Below are positions 1 through 11,247 of a stretch of DNA of 45,492 nt, piece after piece (the stretch's first letter is position 1; each line of letters begins with the position of its first letter). The notes below the pieces were generated by a model, which saw only the letters and a list, made by a program, of their open reading frames with translations, did no database searches and had not been told where the DNA came from. The translations under genes and the position numbers were made by a program. Source of the DNA: Macrostomum lignano (lineage: Eukaryota); the NCBI GenBank assembly GCA_002269645.1, contig NIVC01001929.1:1-45492 (forward strand), given 5' to 3'.

Positions 1-1018
1 GTAGGGGAATGTTTATCCATGACACCAAAAGGGGATCAATCCCGTTTTATTTATCACAATTTCGCCCACCCTCTATGACGCCGAAGAACTGATTTGTCTA
101 AAACACGTTTTCTTGATCATTTTAATAGCAAGGGTCACAAATCATAAATATAAATACGTATTAGCTTGCAGCCGAAGCTACTACCTTTTATTTTCTGAAA
201 AAAACAATGTAAAAAGATGAAACAAGGATAATCTGTGGTGAAGTTAACTGTTACATCATTTGCGATCTGCTAGTATAGCGGCCATGCCATCTGCTTCAGT
301 TGTCCATGGCTTCAATCACTCCCAGTATCAAAAAGTTGTTATATTATTATAAGAACTAAAAGCTGCGTGATCAGCGTAACAAGGAAATATCTGCATGACG
401 ACACGACCAGGTTAAGGACGGTGTACAAAGCTGTGTGCGGTACAAACGACAATAGATAATTCATGATAGGTTGGAATTGGGGTTAAAAATTTTACGAATG
501 GTGCAGTTAAGATTACAGAATAAGTGCGAGTAGGCGCTGAGGCCACCGAAAACATTTCTTTTCAGTCTCGAATGTGACACATGTAACTTCAAACGTGGCC
601 TTTTTTTACTGTGACTGGGGTGAAAGCCTAATAACGTACTAAAAATAGTGTCGTCTGTGGTCTAAAGTCACCAAAAGTGACATAAGTAAAGCAAAATGAG
701 GCAGCAGTTTGATCAGCTCAGACAAGAGAACCAAGATCTACAACACCAAGAGTCATCACGCGATGCCTTACACAAGAATTTTAGAGCTCGACTGTTCAGT
801 TTACGTTCTGTTTAGTTTATTCTCTTTAGTGTTGAAGGTGCTCTCTGACATATACTGAGATTCTACTGAGATTCTATCAATAGACGCGATTGGCCACATT
901 TGAAATCACTTGTGGCACATTCGGGGTTGAATAGATTTAGTTACTCTCACGTAATAAAGTACTTGTCTGAAGCGAGAGCATAGACAGACATTCAGTTCAG
1001 TGCTAGTCTGTTTAACAT

Positions 1019-2326
1019 TCAAACGCGACTGATTGGCCGCAGCGCGATCGTCTCGCCATCGATGGCCGCCTGGCGCTGCTTGTAGGCGTCGCCGCCAGCC
1101 CGATTGCGACGTGCGGCAGCGGCGCAACGACGGCGACAGGCCGGCAGCTTGACCAATTCGTACAGGTCCTGCCGGAACCTGCTGTTCGATATGCAGTAAA
1201 TAAAGATGTTAAGAAAGCTGTCTAACAAAGTAGCAAATTTGGACATGCCGACGATGAGCGCGTCCAACTTTTTATTGCTAATCCGACCGTCCACTATCTT
1301 GCTGATGAACAGCGGAAACTCGAGCACTAGAAAGGTGACGCATAGAATTATCACCAGTAGGTTGCCTCTGGTGCCCTGCTGACTGGATTGTCCTCCTCCT
1401 CCTCCTCCTCTGGCGCTGCTGCCGCGGCCCTGAGAAGCAGAGTAGGACGAAGCGTTCTTTCGCAAGGATTGTTGAAAGCGGCGATGCCGGCGCAGGCCCA
1501 GTATAATGCGGGCGCTGAAGTAGCAGACGACTAGAATTGGGCCGCCAGTTTGGAACAGCAGCAGCGCGCCAATCAGATAGATATTGTTGAAGGCGCTGTA
1601 GAATGGCTGGCGCATTCGCATGTCCAGCGAGTCTAACGAATACACACCGTCTGGGCGCTTGCAGGCGACGCAGGTAAAATAGAAAAAGCGCGGCATTGAA
1701 ATTGCTAGCGAGGCAACAACTATGGCCGCTAGGATAGCGTGAACTCGGGACACGCTGGAGAATACTTTGACAGGTTTCATAGCGCGGCAGACGGCTTCAA
1801 AGCGGAATGTTGAGATTAGCACAACCAGCCAGTTGCGACCGATGTGAAAGCTGGTCTGGAGCACAATCAGCAGGTTGATCAACACGCAGAATACTATGCT
1901 AGAGTCTATGCCGGAGAACGACAGAGCCGAGCTAAACAGACTGTACTCGGTGATGTGATACATAAGGAAAAAGAAGTGGAAAAGAATTTCCAGCAGTGAC
2001 AGCGCTTTGAGCAGCAGCACAACTATGCACTGCACAGTTCCGCTCGAGACATCCTGCTTACTGAATACGGCGAATGACAGCGCATTGCTGACGATATTCA
2101 AGGCGTTGAATGCGCAGAAGGCGGTCGAGTACGGTCTCAACGTGGCGGCAAAGTGACAATTGCGCTGCTGGATAACGTCGCAGAAGTCAGCGGAGCCCAG
2201 GCACAGCAGGGAGTTTAGCGAGCTGGGAGCGAACAGCCAAGGATGGGTGGACTGAAGCTCGGACTGGTTGGCCGAGCACTGGCCAACGCTAGAGTTGCCA
2301 AGGCTGAAGTTGCCTATGCAAGGCAT
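1019..2326 (-). CDS. Rhodopsin-class (class A) 7TM GPCR, FMRFamide/peptide-receptor-like orphan; 435 aa, single coding exon
   Basis: Intact ORF from ATG 2326 to stop 1019 with seven hydrophobic segments. TM1 ..NIVSNALSFAVF; TM2 LLLKALSLLEIL; TM3 end STFRFEAVCRAMK (DRY position reads FRF); TM6 FLVLEFP; TM7 SFLNIFIYCISNSRFR (NPxxY-like NIFIY plus helix-8 FR). The N-terminus has N-glycosylation sequons (NFS, NSS, NQS). Candidate polyA signal AATAAA on the minus strand at 816-821. Confidence 0.9.
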   Translation of the reverse strand: MPCIGNFSLGNSSVGQCSANQSELQSTHPWLFAPSSLNSLLCLGSADFCDVIQQRNCHFAATLRPYSTAFCAFNALNIVSNALSFAVFSKQDVSSGTVQCIVVLLLKALSLLEILFHFFFLMYHITEYSLFSSALSFSGIDSSIVFCVLINLLIVLQTSFHIGRNWLVVLISTFRFEAVCRAMKPVKVFSSVSRVHAILAAIVVASLAISMPRFFYFTCVACKRPDGVYSLDSLDMRMRQPFYSAFNNIYLIGALLLFQTGGPILVVCYFSARIILGLRRHRRFQQSLRKNASSYSASQGRGSSARGGGGGGQSSQQGTRGNLLVIILCVTFLVLEFPLFISKIVDGRISNKKLDALIVGMSKFATLLDSFLNIFIYCISNSRFRQDLYELVKLPACRRRCAAAARRNRAGGDAYKQRQAAIDGETIALRPISRV

Positions 2327-5300
2327 TTTCGCTGGCTTATTTACCTGCTAGCTAGGAAGCTTTACAAATTATCTTGTTGTGTTTATCCTCTCTGACTTGC
2401 TGGCTCTTACGTTCAAGAAATTAGCCTTTATGTACCAATAGAATACCAAAGTATGACTGGATTTTACAAGGACGGAGGCCTCTGATTGGCCAGAGTGTAC
2501 AGCCAATGCGAACCATTTTAGCTGATCTTTTCTTTCAATTTTTCATCACATTGTTAACAAGAAGTCTAAATTTCATCTAGACCTTGCAACAAAGTAGGAT
2601 AATACGCTCTTCCCAGGCATTAATACATAAGCTCACAGATATGAGCTTTAGCTGCTTCTACTGATGCCAGGGTTATTTGGCATCAAACATAAAATATTAG
2701 CAGAAACTCTGTCAACAGTTTGCCATTTTGAGCAATTCTAATTTTCACGCAGTTTTCCTAAGCTATCTACCGAAAGTAGTGTATTGAGAACAACATCTTT
2801 AAGCGAGGCTTATTAATTAGGAAATATACTATCATATGCACCTAAGTCATAGTGCTCACAGCTGGTGCAGGTGCTGCTACTGATGCTGTAGGCATCCTAC
2901 TGGTGGGGGACAGGAATGTATTATAGCTGTTGTTGCCTATTGTCTGATATTGGTACCCCACATTTAGTTTGGCAGTGTGGCCTATGTTTTTGTCTAGATA
3001 CTCCCTTATGACACTAATGCTTTGATATGAGCTGACAGGTAAGTTGCCACCTTTTAAAGTGCACAGTAAATTCTAGCTCAGTATTGACTTTTGAGTCACA
3101 CAATGCAGAGTTAAGCTGGGTGAGAAGGGATTGGGAAGAGTAAAGGACAAAGATTGGATAGATTGAAGCTTCTGCCTAGTTTTTATTGTTTTTTCAAGCA
3201 TTTTTAATATCATAATTTGTTGGCCATGTGATTGACACTAGTCAAGACACTGGGAGAAAAGGTAGACTAGAAGTAAACATATCCAGATATGTTAGTTGCT
3301 AATGACTAAGTGCAATTGCTTGTTAAATTAGTTTATTTTAACAATCTTTGTATACTTTGTCTATAAAAATAGTTTGATGATTTTAAAATTTGGCCCTAGC
3401 CTAGTTCTAGCAAAAATATAAGCCAAAAACTAACAATATATATGTAGATTTAGTTGAGAGTTGGATTATTTAGAATGCACATATAATTTTTTTATATGAT
3501 CATAATTTTATACATGCAAAGTAAAAATAAAAACAATAGTTGTTATTGACTTGACTTATGCACCAATGAGCAGTAAGACTACATATTTACTTTATGCACA
3601 AATGGTACACATTCTTATCTAACTTAATTAGCTTTCCATACCATTGCTATTTATTTTCTATCTTAATTCATTTGCAATGATTATGCTATCATCTTTTTAC
3701 AATATAATATTTTCCATAATTATTATGTATAAAATTGATCTTGAGGCATTGAGCAAAAATTAAAATAGTATAACATATATTAAATCAATCTATATGATTT
3801 TACTAAAAGAAAAAATGATATTGTACAAAACTAAAACATGTATAACTGCTAATTGACCCAACCAATATGGCTAGTATAAATTATGGCAAACCAAGGATAA
3901 ATTATAAAATTGATGAATTTTGGATCGTTTTTAACAAATTTTGAGAAACAATTAAATATTTTTATTTTGTTTTTAGATACATAACATTTTCTTTTCAGAT
4001 AGAAATAAGTTGCATAACTAGCATAATTTTAGTTGAGGTAGCATACATATATAAATGACTAAGTATATAAATTTATTAAATATATTAAATGGCAGATCAT
4101 CTAAATAGCCTTAGTCTATGGTAAATCATATAATTTCTTAACTTTACCCTAGCTTAATCATACTAAGACTTATTATCTCTATCTTTATATATTAGATGCC
4201 ATGTTTTAAGAGTTAATAGTTTAGAACCTAGTTAGAGTTATACCTATTAAATTTATATCTACTATACAAAAAATAAGTAATTAGTTCAGGTTGTACTTTA
4301 TACATCAAGTGTGCAGAACAAAAAATTTGACCAAGAAAGACATATAGAACAATTGATTTTCTGCCAGAAGAGTATGCATATTGTTAGAATAAAATGTAGC
4401 AATAGTGATACTAGCACCAATATTAATTTATTAATGAAGTTCTGCACACATGCTTATTTTTTTTATTTTTTTTATTTTCCATGCTTTGAAGCATCTTTCT
4501 ATCCATAAGCATATATACACAATAATGGGAAACAGATAAAGTAAAGAATTAACAGAAAACGTCAAGGACTATGCTAGTCTAGTATAGTCCTAATTGAGAA
4601 AACGTGTGTGCCGAATGCAATTTAAACTAAATAAGATATGCCTTAAGTCTCATTGCAAGTAATTACTTCAAAATAAGTTTTTAAGTTTTAATATTTTTTA
4701 GTTTCTTTTTTCTGTCGCTTCTAAGTAACTGCTTTATAACCTAACTTTATTATAAACACTTTTGTTTAAAACATTTAAAATACGTGTATACAATTATTAT
4801 ATGCGGATAATCTCTTATTTCGAAGAGAGGATTCTTTTCATAAATTTTGTTTGTATAAAAATGTTTCTCAATAGATCGATTTCTTTTAGGATACATTTGT
4901 TCTTTTTCATTTGGATACTTTTTACGATTTAATACGAGTAATATTTTGATATGGCCAAGGCCATAATAAATTTCCGATTTGTCATGGTCAGCAGCCAACA
5001 TTTGTGGCTTTTTTACTCGAACGATTGCTGCACTGATCTCGCAGTCCTATTCCTACCGCATTGGCTTGTAGCCAATAAGTTTCAAACACTGCACTGCAGG
5101 CTGCATCAGCGACAGGACAAAGACGACGCCGAAGTGCTATACGTCGGACATACATTAGAACTGTAGCTTTTTGTATTTAGCAATATACACATTGTATAGG
5201 CTAGTTGCAAGATTTTAATTGGTTTGAACTCAGAAACAAGAGATTTATAGTGTAATTATTCAGTTGGCGTTACGGGGCTGCTTTCGCATTGGGATCCGAC

Positions 5301-6209
5301 AGAAACCGCAGGCAATTAACCGCCATCATTTTCGAAAAAAAGTACTCTCTTACAAATATATCTCGGACAAGAAACTTCTCAGGGAATAATAAACAGACCG
5401 GTCCCTCGTGAACCTTTACCTGCCTGGTTCGTCTCAAGCTACTAGCTGATGCGCATATGTATGCGTGAGTGAAGGCAGCCAAATTTAATTACAAGCTGTC
5501 CGTCTTACAACGATAAAATAATTATTGTAAATTGCGACGTTTGTCGATCACGCCAGTTATTAACAAACTGAAGCAAATTTCGAGGATTATTTTGGCACGC
5601 ATCTATTCCAAAGAAGTTTCTGTGATCGAAACCACTCTACAATAGCGCATTTTTTCACGCAAACACTGTCCATCCATCCATGCACTGGTGGCCAGTGGAG
5701 TTGCTGGCTTCCATACGAGTATCACTGCAAGCAAACGGCTGGTGGGCATTTCTGTATCAGCAGAGACAGAGAGGCAGCAAGGGGAATCGGTTCGGTATAA
5801 TTGTCTACCTTGGCCTGTCCCTGCGATTGCCGGCTCGGTATACCCAGCAAGGACGATCGGGAGCCACTGTATCGCGCGTCCCGCACTCGCAGCTTGTGCC
5901 CCTCCCCAGGGGCCAACTTGGCTGCTTCTGCGCGATTCGTAGCCGCCCAGGGGTCGAAGCCGGCCTGTTTAGAACGAATAGGGGCAGATAGCATAATACC
6001 CACTCTGCGCTGCCCTCGTGTCCCTGCGCGCAAGCGAATCCAACTGATCCCCAGCAGCACCCCGTCGCCCAGCGGGGAGCAGAGGGCAGTCAGATTTTCT
6101 TTAATCGAGTCCGTCGCAATTTCGAGAGCTCTCAAGGACCAGTCGGTAGGTCGGGCCGCACGGTTGCCCCAGCACTTGGCTGAGGCGGACGGTGGCGGCT
6201 TCAGCGACA

Positions 6210-9200
6210 ATGGCGTCGGTGCCGGCTGTTCAGTCCTTGCTGCTGTTGCTGCTGTTTCTGTTGCTCAGCTTGCGCGGTACAGCCGGTGAGCTTACTGTAG
6301 TACATACGAATCCCATATACGTTCCGTCAAAAATACAGACCTTTTACGCGTAAGTTCTGAAGACTGCCGGAAATTAAGAGACAGTCGATCTGCAAGCAGT
6401 TACGTCCATGTACCACAGGGTGTACAGCAGCCCTGACTTTCTCAACGTCAGCCATGTACAATTTCTGTGCCTTGGTGGTTGGCCTTCATTGGCGAGAATC
6501 GCACGACAAGCTTCAGGCATATTTTCGTGCGCCTGACCCAAAAAAAGTAAAAAAGCACAAATTTAAATCTAGGAGGTTAATAGTGTTAGCGCTGAGCCAC
6601 TCCAGAAAGGCAGGCATTCCCTAAACCACACCTGAACACTAATTACGGACGCACTTGAAATCGAGCGGTATAGTCCTGTAGCTGCACCCTCTGCTCAAAT
6701 TGCAGCTGGCTGCGTCACTAGTCAATTACATGCATGACGTCATTGGGTAATTCTATTGAGTACAATAATTTTTTTCATTTGTTTAGTCCTCCTAAGAGTT
6801 TTGCGGCTCTCACCAGCAGCTGCACAGCATGCTAATTACTGTCTATCTTGATCATATATCTGGATTTGCTGGGTTCAAATTAGCCATAAGCCGACTGCTC
6901 AAGCAACAAACACCCGATCACTATTCAAGGACTACTCAAGTACTAGGACGGGAAACAACGTTTCTTAGAAAATTTTAGGAGGCCAGGTTTTACCGTAAAA
7001 ATACATTATGGAGATAGGAGATTTTCATTTTTCAGCACAAAAATGGTTACTTTTTTACAGGAGGCAGACCCAATGTTCATCTTTTAATATGTCCTATCTC
7101 CGTAAATGAAAATGTTATTCTACTTCAGTAGTCTGTACACTACTACGCTCGTACTCGTAGAAACCTTCCTCGAACTACCACATCCAAGATAGAAGATGGC
7201 AATCAACCTTTCTCGATGCCGTTCCAGTTCCTGCTCGATCTGCATGCACCAAGACCTGCGACCTGTTCAGCCAGGAGTGCCTGGATGAGCAGTGCATCTG
7301 TAAACGGACCTGCCGGTCGACTGGGCACGAGTCTCGGGTTGGTGCGATTTCCTGGAATTATACCTGCAGTTTTTTTACCGCATTTAAAAGTACATGTATA
7401 CTTCTGTTTGAAAGATTAAGTCAAATAAAAAAACACAATTTAGTTAGATTTTAGTTTGGAGTTCAGATACTTTCGTGGGGGACTCCATATATAGTAACTG
7501 TATTAATCATACAAGTATCAGTGTAAACTTCAGTGGTCCTTGTACTAAGCACAGCTACTCACCAAAAAACATCAATCTCCGGTAATAATCGTCAAAACGT
7601 TTTTCGGTAGCTAGCTGATTAGTACGTTAAAAAAGTGCAGCAGTTTTTTAAGGTTATCTCAGTAATTATAAAGAAAGTAGCATTGGAGCCTACTGTCAGT
7701 AGCATATCATGATTGAACCACCCTAACCCAAGCAGGTTTGCACAAAGAAAGGTTTCGAGTATCAGTCCAGGTGTCATTTCTTCCGCGACCAATGCCTGTG
7801 CAAAAGCCGCAGTGGGGACTGCCAACACCAGGGCGTGGAGAAGGACTACATTCTCATGTACAGCGCATGCCGGAGAACGGCCGGATTCTCCAGGGCGACC
7901 AATTGTGAGACATGTGAAATCTCAAACTTATTTCAACATCATCTGAGAACATGATAGTTTATCTTAAAACCTAGCCAGTTGTAACAGTATCGCTTTTGAC
8001 CATCTAAATGGGAATTTGGACAATCAAAACGGGACGCCATAGACATTCAAGCCAGCCCACCGATCTCACCCTAGTCATGGACTTAAGCAGTTAGGCAAAG
8101 TCTACTGAGGGAAGCTTGGCCATAGACTATAACTTTAGGCATTCAATACGGGAATCGGACTGAGATTTTATAGCTCTCTGTCCCTCTCTCCCCTGTTTGT
8201 TCGTCTTTGGCCTGAAAGCTACCCAATTCAATGGCGCCACCAATTCCTGTAGCAGATCCGCCAGCGGCTGACTGATGCGATTGAACAGAGGGTCATCCAT
8301 CGCAGGGGCTGCAAGAATCTTGCAAATCAAGAAAACAACCGCATTCCGAATCGCAAATACATTAAATTGGGCGAATTCCCGTTTTGATTGTCCATTCCAC
8401 ATTCTAAGGTTGTGTATTCCCAAGCAGCCCGAGTCTGTGGCCTGGCTTGAATGTCTATGGCATCCTGCTTTGACTGTCCGAATTCCCGTTTACGTCGTAG
8501 ATCTTCAAAAGCGATACGAGGTGAGGATAGGAGAGAGGAGAGGAGAGGAGAGAGGAGAGGAGAGGAGAGAGGAGAGGAGAGGAGAGAGGAGAGGCGAGGA
8601 GAAGAAAGAGGAGAGGAGAGAGGAGAGGAGAGTTTCCCTCGTAGTGTTTAGTGACTTAAATAAAACTCCCAGTCAGGTTTTCGTCATAAAGTTCAACCGA
8701 CATTGGCCAGATGAGCAAACTTCAATTTTTCACCAATTAAATCCCTGCGTTCTCCGGGATGTATTTTTGCCATAGACATAGAACACCGAGTCGGGATTGT
8801 TCATTTATATCAGGCGGACTTTGATTGCCTCGCTATACAGTATTTTTGTGTTTAGGACAACCGATCCGGAGTCCAACGAACTTTTGTGCAGAACAGAAGC
8901 ATCCAGCTGTTCCATAAATAAGGGTTATAAATTCTGTAACCAGGGGATTATGCGAATTTGGAAAATGCTTACTTAAAGTGCCCTAGCATAAACAGTAGAA
9001 TATTAACGAAGAGTTTCACTCGAACAATCGGACATTCAGCAACTTCCCTTTGTTTTTATTGCATCTTTGCCAGCTGAAACAGTCGCAGCCCGGCCGCTGT
9101 CGGATCCTCAGTGCGACAATTACAGCAGCAGACTGGCCGCCTGGTTGAGCTACGCACTCACTCTGAAACTGGTGAGCAGGCGGATTTGCTGGCTACTCCG

Positions 9201-11218
9201 GAAGCACAGCAATAGGATTTTTTAAAGTAGAAAGCTGCTATACAACCTGAAAGAAAAGGAATAAAAGGAGGATAGCTACAGACAGGAGAGACTGCGTTTA
9301 ATAAGAGGGAGAAGAGACGAAAGGAGATAGGAGAGAGGAGAGGAGAGGAGAGGAGAGGAGAGGAGAGGAGAGGAGAGGAGAGGAGAGGAGAGGAGAGGAG
9401 AGGAGAGGAGAGGAGAGGAGAGGAGAGGAGAGGAGAGGAGAGGAGAGAGGAGAGGAGAGGGGAGGAGAGGAGAGGAGAGGAGAGGAGAGAAGAGGAGAGA
9501 GGAGAGGAGAGGAGAGGAGAGGAGAGGAGAGGAGAGGAGAGGAGAGGAGAGGAGAGGAGAGGAGAGGAGAGGAGAGGAGAGAAGAGGAGAGAGGAGAGGA
9601 GAGGAGAGGAGAGGAGAGGAGAGGAGAGGAGAGAAGAGAAGAGGAGAGAGGAGAGGAGAGGAGAGGAGAGGAGAGGAGAGGAGAGGAGAGGAGAGGAGAG
9701 GAGAGGAGAGGAGAGGAGAGGAGAGAAGAGAAGAGGAGAGAGGAGAGGAGAGGAGAGGAGAGGAGAGGAGAGGAGAGGAGAGGAGAGGAGAGGAGAGGAG
9801 AGGGGAGGAGAGGAGAGGAGAGAAGAGAAGAGGAGAGAGGAGAGGAGAGGAGAGGAGAGGAGAGGGGAGGAGAGGAGAGGAGAGAAGAGAAGAGGAGAGA
9901 GGAGAGGAGAGGAGAGGAGAGGAGAGGAGAGGAGAGGAGAGGAGAGGAGAGGAGAGGAGAGGGGAGGAGAGGAGAGGAGAGAAGAGAAGAGGAGAGAGGA
10001 GAGGAGAGGAGAGGAGAGGAGAGGGGAGGAGAGGAGAGGAGAGAAGAGAAGAGGAGAGAGGAGAGGAGAGAGGAGAGGAGATGAGAGGAGATGAGAGAGG
10101 AGAGGAGATGAGAGAGGAGAGGAGAGGAGAGAGGAGAGGAGATGAGAGGAGATGAGAGAGGAGAGGAGAGGAGAGAGGAGAACGGGGCTGAGCCAGTCAG
10201 CTCATCACTGAACCTGCCCTGCCGCAAACAGTCCGAGTCGATGGTGTCGCTGCACGACTTCGAGGCAGACGAGTACACCAACGGCCTGTACACCAACGAG
10301 CTGCTGGTCTTCGCCCCACTGTCGCACCGGGCCCGCAGAACGGTCGAGTTGCTGAACTTCTACCCCGTGGAGACTGTGCAGTTCGATAACCGCATTCCGT
10401 CCATGTGGTTCTGCCTGCTGGACTCGGACATAAACGGGTGAGCAGCAGGTTGCATAGTGGGTCACAGAGACTTCTGTACCAGTATATCTGGACGAGAAGC
10501 CTTCTTAATTCAGTCGGCTGTTAAAAAATCGAGTAGCATCACTTTGAAATTAAATGCAGCAGTGTGAAGCTAGACCCACTTCCGGTCCAGGTGTATAGTG
10601 CTCTTTGACCTAGTGAGATATTGGGGTGGGGTGCGGGACGACTTCCGGTCCAGGTGTATAGTGCTCTTTGACCTAGTGAGATATTGGGGTGGGGTGCGAG
10701 ACGACTTCCGGTCCAGGTGTACAGGGTCTTTGATCTAGTGAGATCATGGGGTGGGGTGCGGGACGACTTCCGGTCCAGGTGTATAGTGCTCTTTGACCTA
10801 GTGAGATCAAGGGGTGGGGTGGGGTGAGGGTGAGACACGAAAAATAAATATTTGATGCTTTGCTTATTACCGACGTACCTGCAGAGTCAAGCACTCGATT
10901 CCGCATTAGTCTGTGAGGCATTCGGTACTTTGAAAACTAAAAAAGTTGCTACTCGACTGGATTCGAGCAATCCAAGAATTGGTTAGGAAAATATTTTTCA
11001 AATGAAAATTGTCAACTCGCGTCTCCGCGCCCCGCAGCTGGCTGGATGAGAAGGAGATGGACCAGCTGACTCGGGTGCTGCTGCCGCAGGACGCCTGCAT
11101 CGAAGCCTTCCTGACCGGCTGTCTGCAGGGCGGCCGCTCTGCCGGCCTGGCAGCCTGGCAGGGCCCGGACTGCTTCCGGCTGAGAGAGGGTAACATCGCA
11201 CGGGAGTTGAGGGAGTAA
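6210..11218 (+). CDS. SPARC: SPARC/osteonectin (BM-40)-like secreted protein: signal peptide, follistatin/Kazal domain, EC calcium-binding domain; about 296 aa, 6 exons
   Basis: Exons 6210-6285 (MASVPAVQSLLLLLLFLLLSLRGTA), 7228-7337 (CTKTCDLFSQECLDEQCICKRTC), 7736-7904 (VCTKKGFEYQSRCHFFRDQCLCKSRSGDC..YSAC), 9074-9171 (CDNYSSRLAAWL), about 10181-10437 (..MWFCLLDSDING; acceptor uncertain) and 11038-11218 (WLDEKEMDQLTRVLLPQDACIEAFLTGC..CFRL..stop). GT-AG phases 1,0,1,0,2 are consistent. The extra CLC...C pair is typical of invertebrate SPARC. Confidence 0.85.
7987..8517. mobile_element. MITE/foldback-like element with imperfect terminal inverted repeats of about 75 bp (SPARC intron 3)
   Basis: 7987-8060 (GTATCGCTTTTGA..GGGAATTTGGACAATCAAAACGGGACGCCATAGACATTCAAGCCAG) is the imperfect reverse complement of 8437-8517 and includes a perfect 19-bp core. 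An extra internal inverted copy of GGACAATCAAAACGGGA lies at about 8377-8393. No TSD was identified. Confidence 0.65.
8530..8632. repeat. (GGAGA)n pentanucleotide tract
   Basis: Seen directly in the sequence. Confidence 0.95.
9330..10180. repeat. (GGAGA)n polypurine tract of about 850 bp abutting SPARC exon 5
   Basis: Seen directly, with recurring higher-order variants (GGAGAGAAGAGAAGAGGAGA). Confidence 0.97.
10578..10825. repeat. 63-bp minisatellite, 4 copies
   Basis: The unit ACTTCCGGTCCAGGTGTATAGTGCTCTTTGACCTAGTGAGATATTGGGGTGGGGTGCGGGACG starts at 10578, 10641, 10704 and 10766. Confidence 0.95.
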
Positions 11219-11247
11219 GCGGATGGGACAGCGAGACTTCCAGGTTG

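Noticed and set aside
5680-6289. Four overlapping ORFs of 84-162 aa
   Set aside because: They have no recognisable domains and fit GC-rich promoter or 5'UTR sequence. The real SPARC start is the ATG at 6210 in another frame.
6419-6516. Possible extra SPARC exon after CCACAG at 6418
   Set aside because: It has an open frame but no GT donor and no SPARC similarity. Exon 1 already joins exon 7228 in phase.
6735-6742. Full CRE palindrome TGACGTCA in SPARC intron 1
   Set aside because: An 8-mer is expected roughly once per 45-65 kb by chance, and nothing else supports it.
8640-8910. Coding-like minus-strand stretch in SPARC intron 3
   Set aside because: All frames are interrupted by stops and no family is recognisable. 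It may be a decayed element but I cannot support a call.
9298-10296. 332-aa Ser/Pro/Leu-rich ORF and similar repeat-derived ORFs (ESLRIRGVG, SINQ, WLELVGVG, SRACHTVKSLSYCQEPVIL, QTDR, FESHLSSRL)
   Set aside because: They are open frames through micro- and minisatellites, with no domain or splice support.
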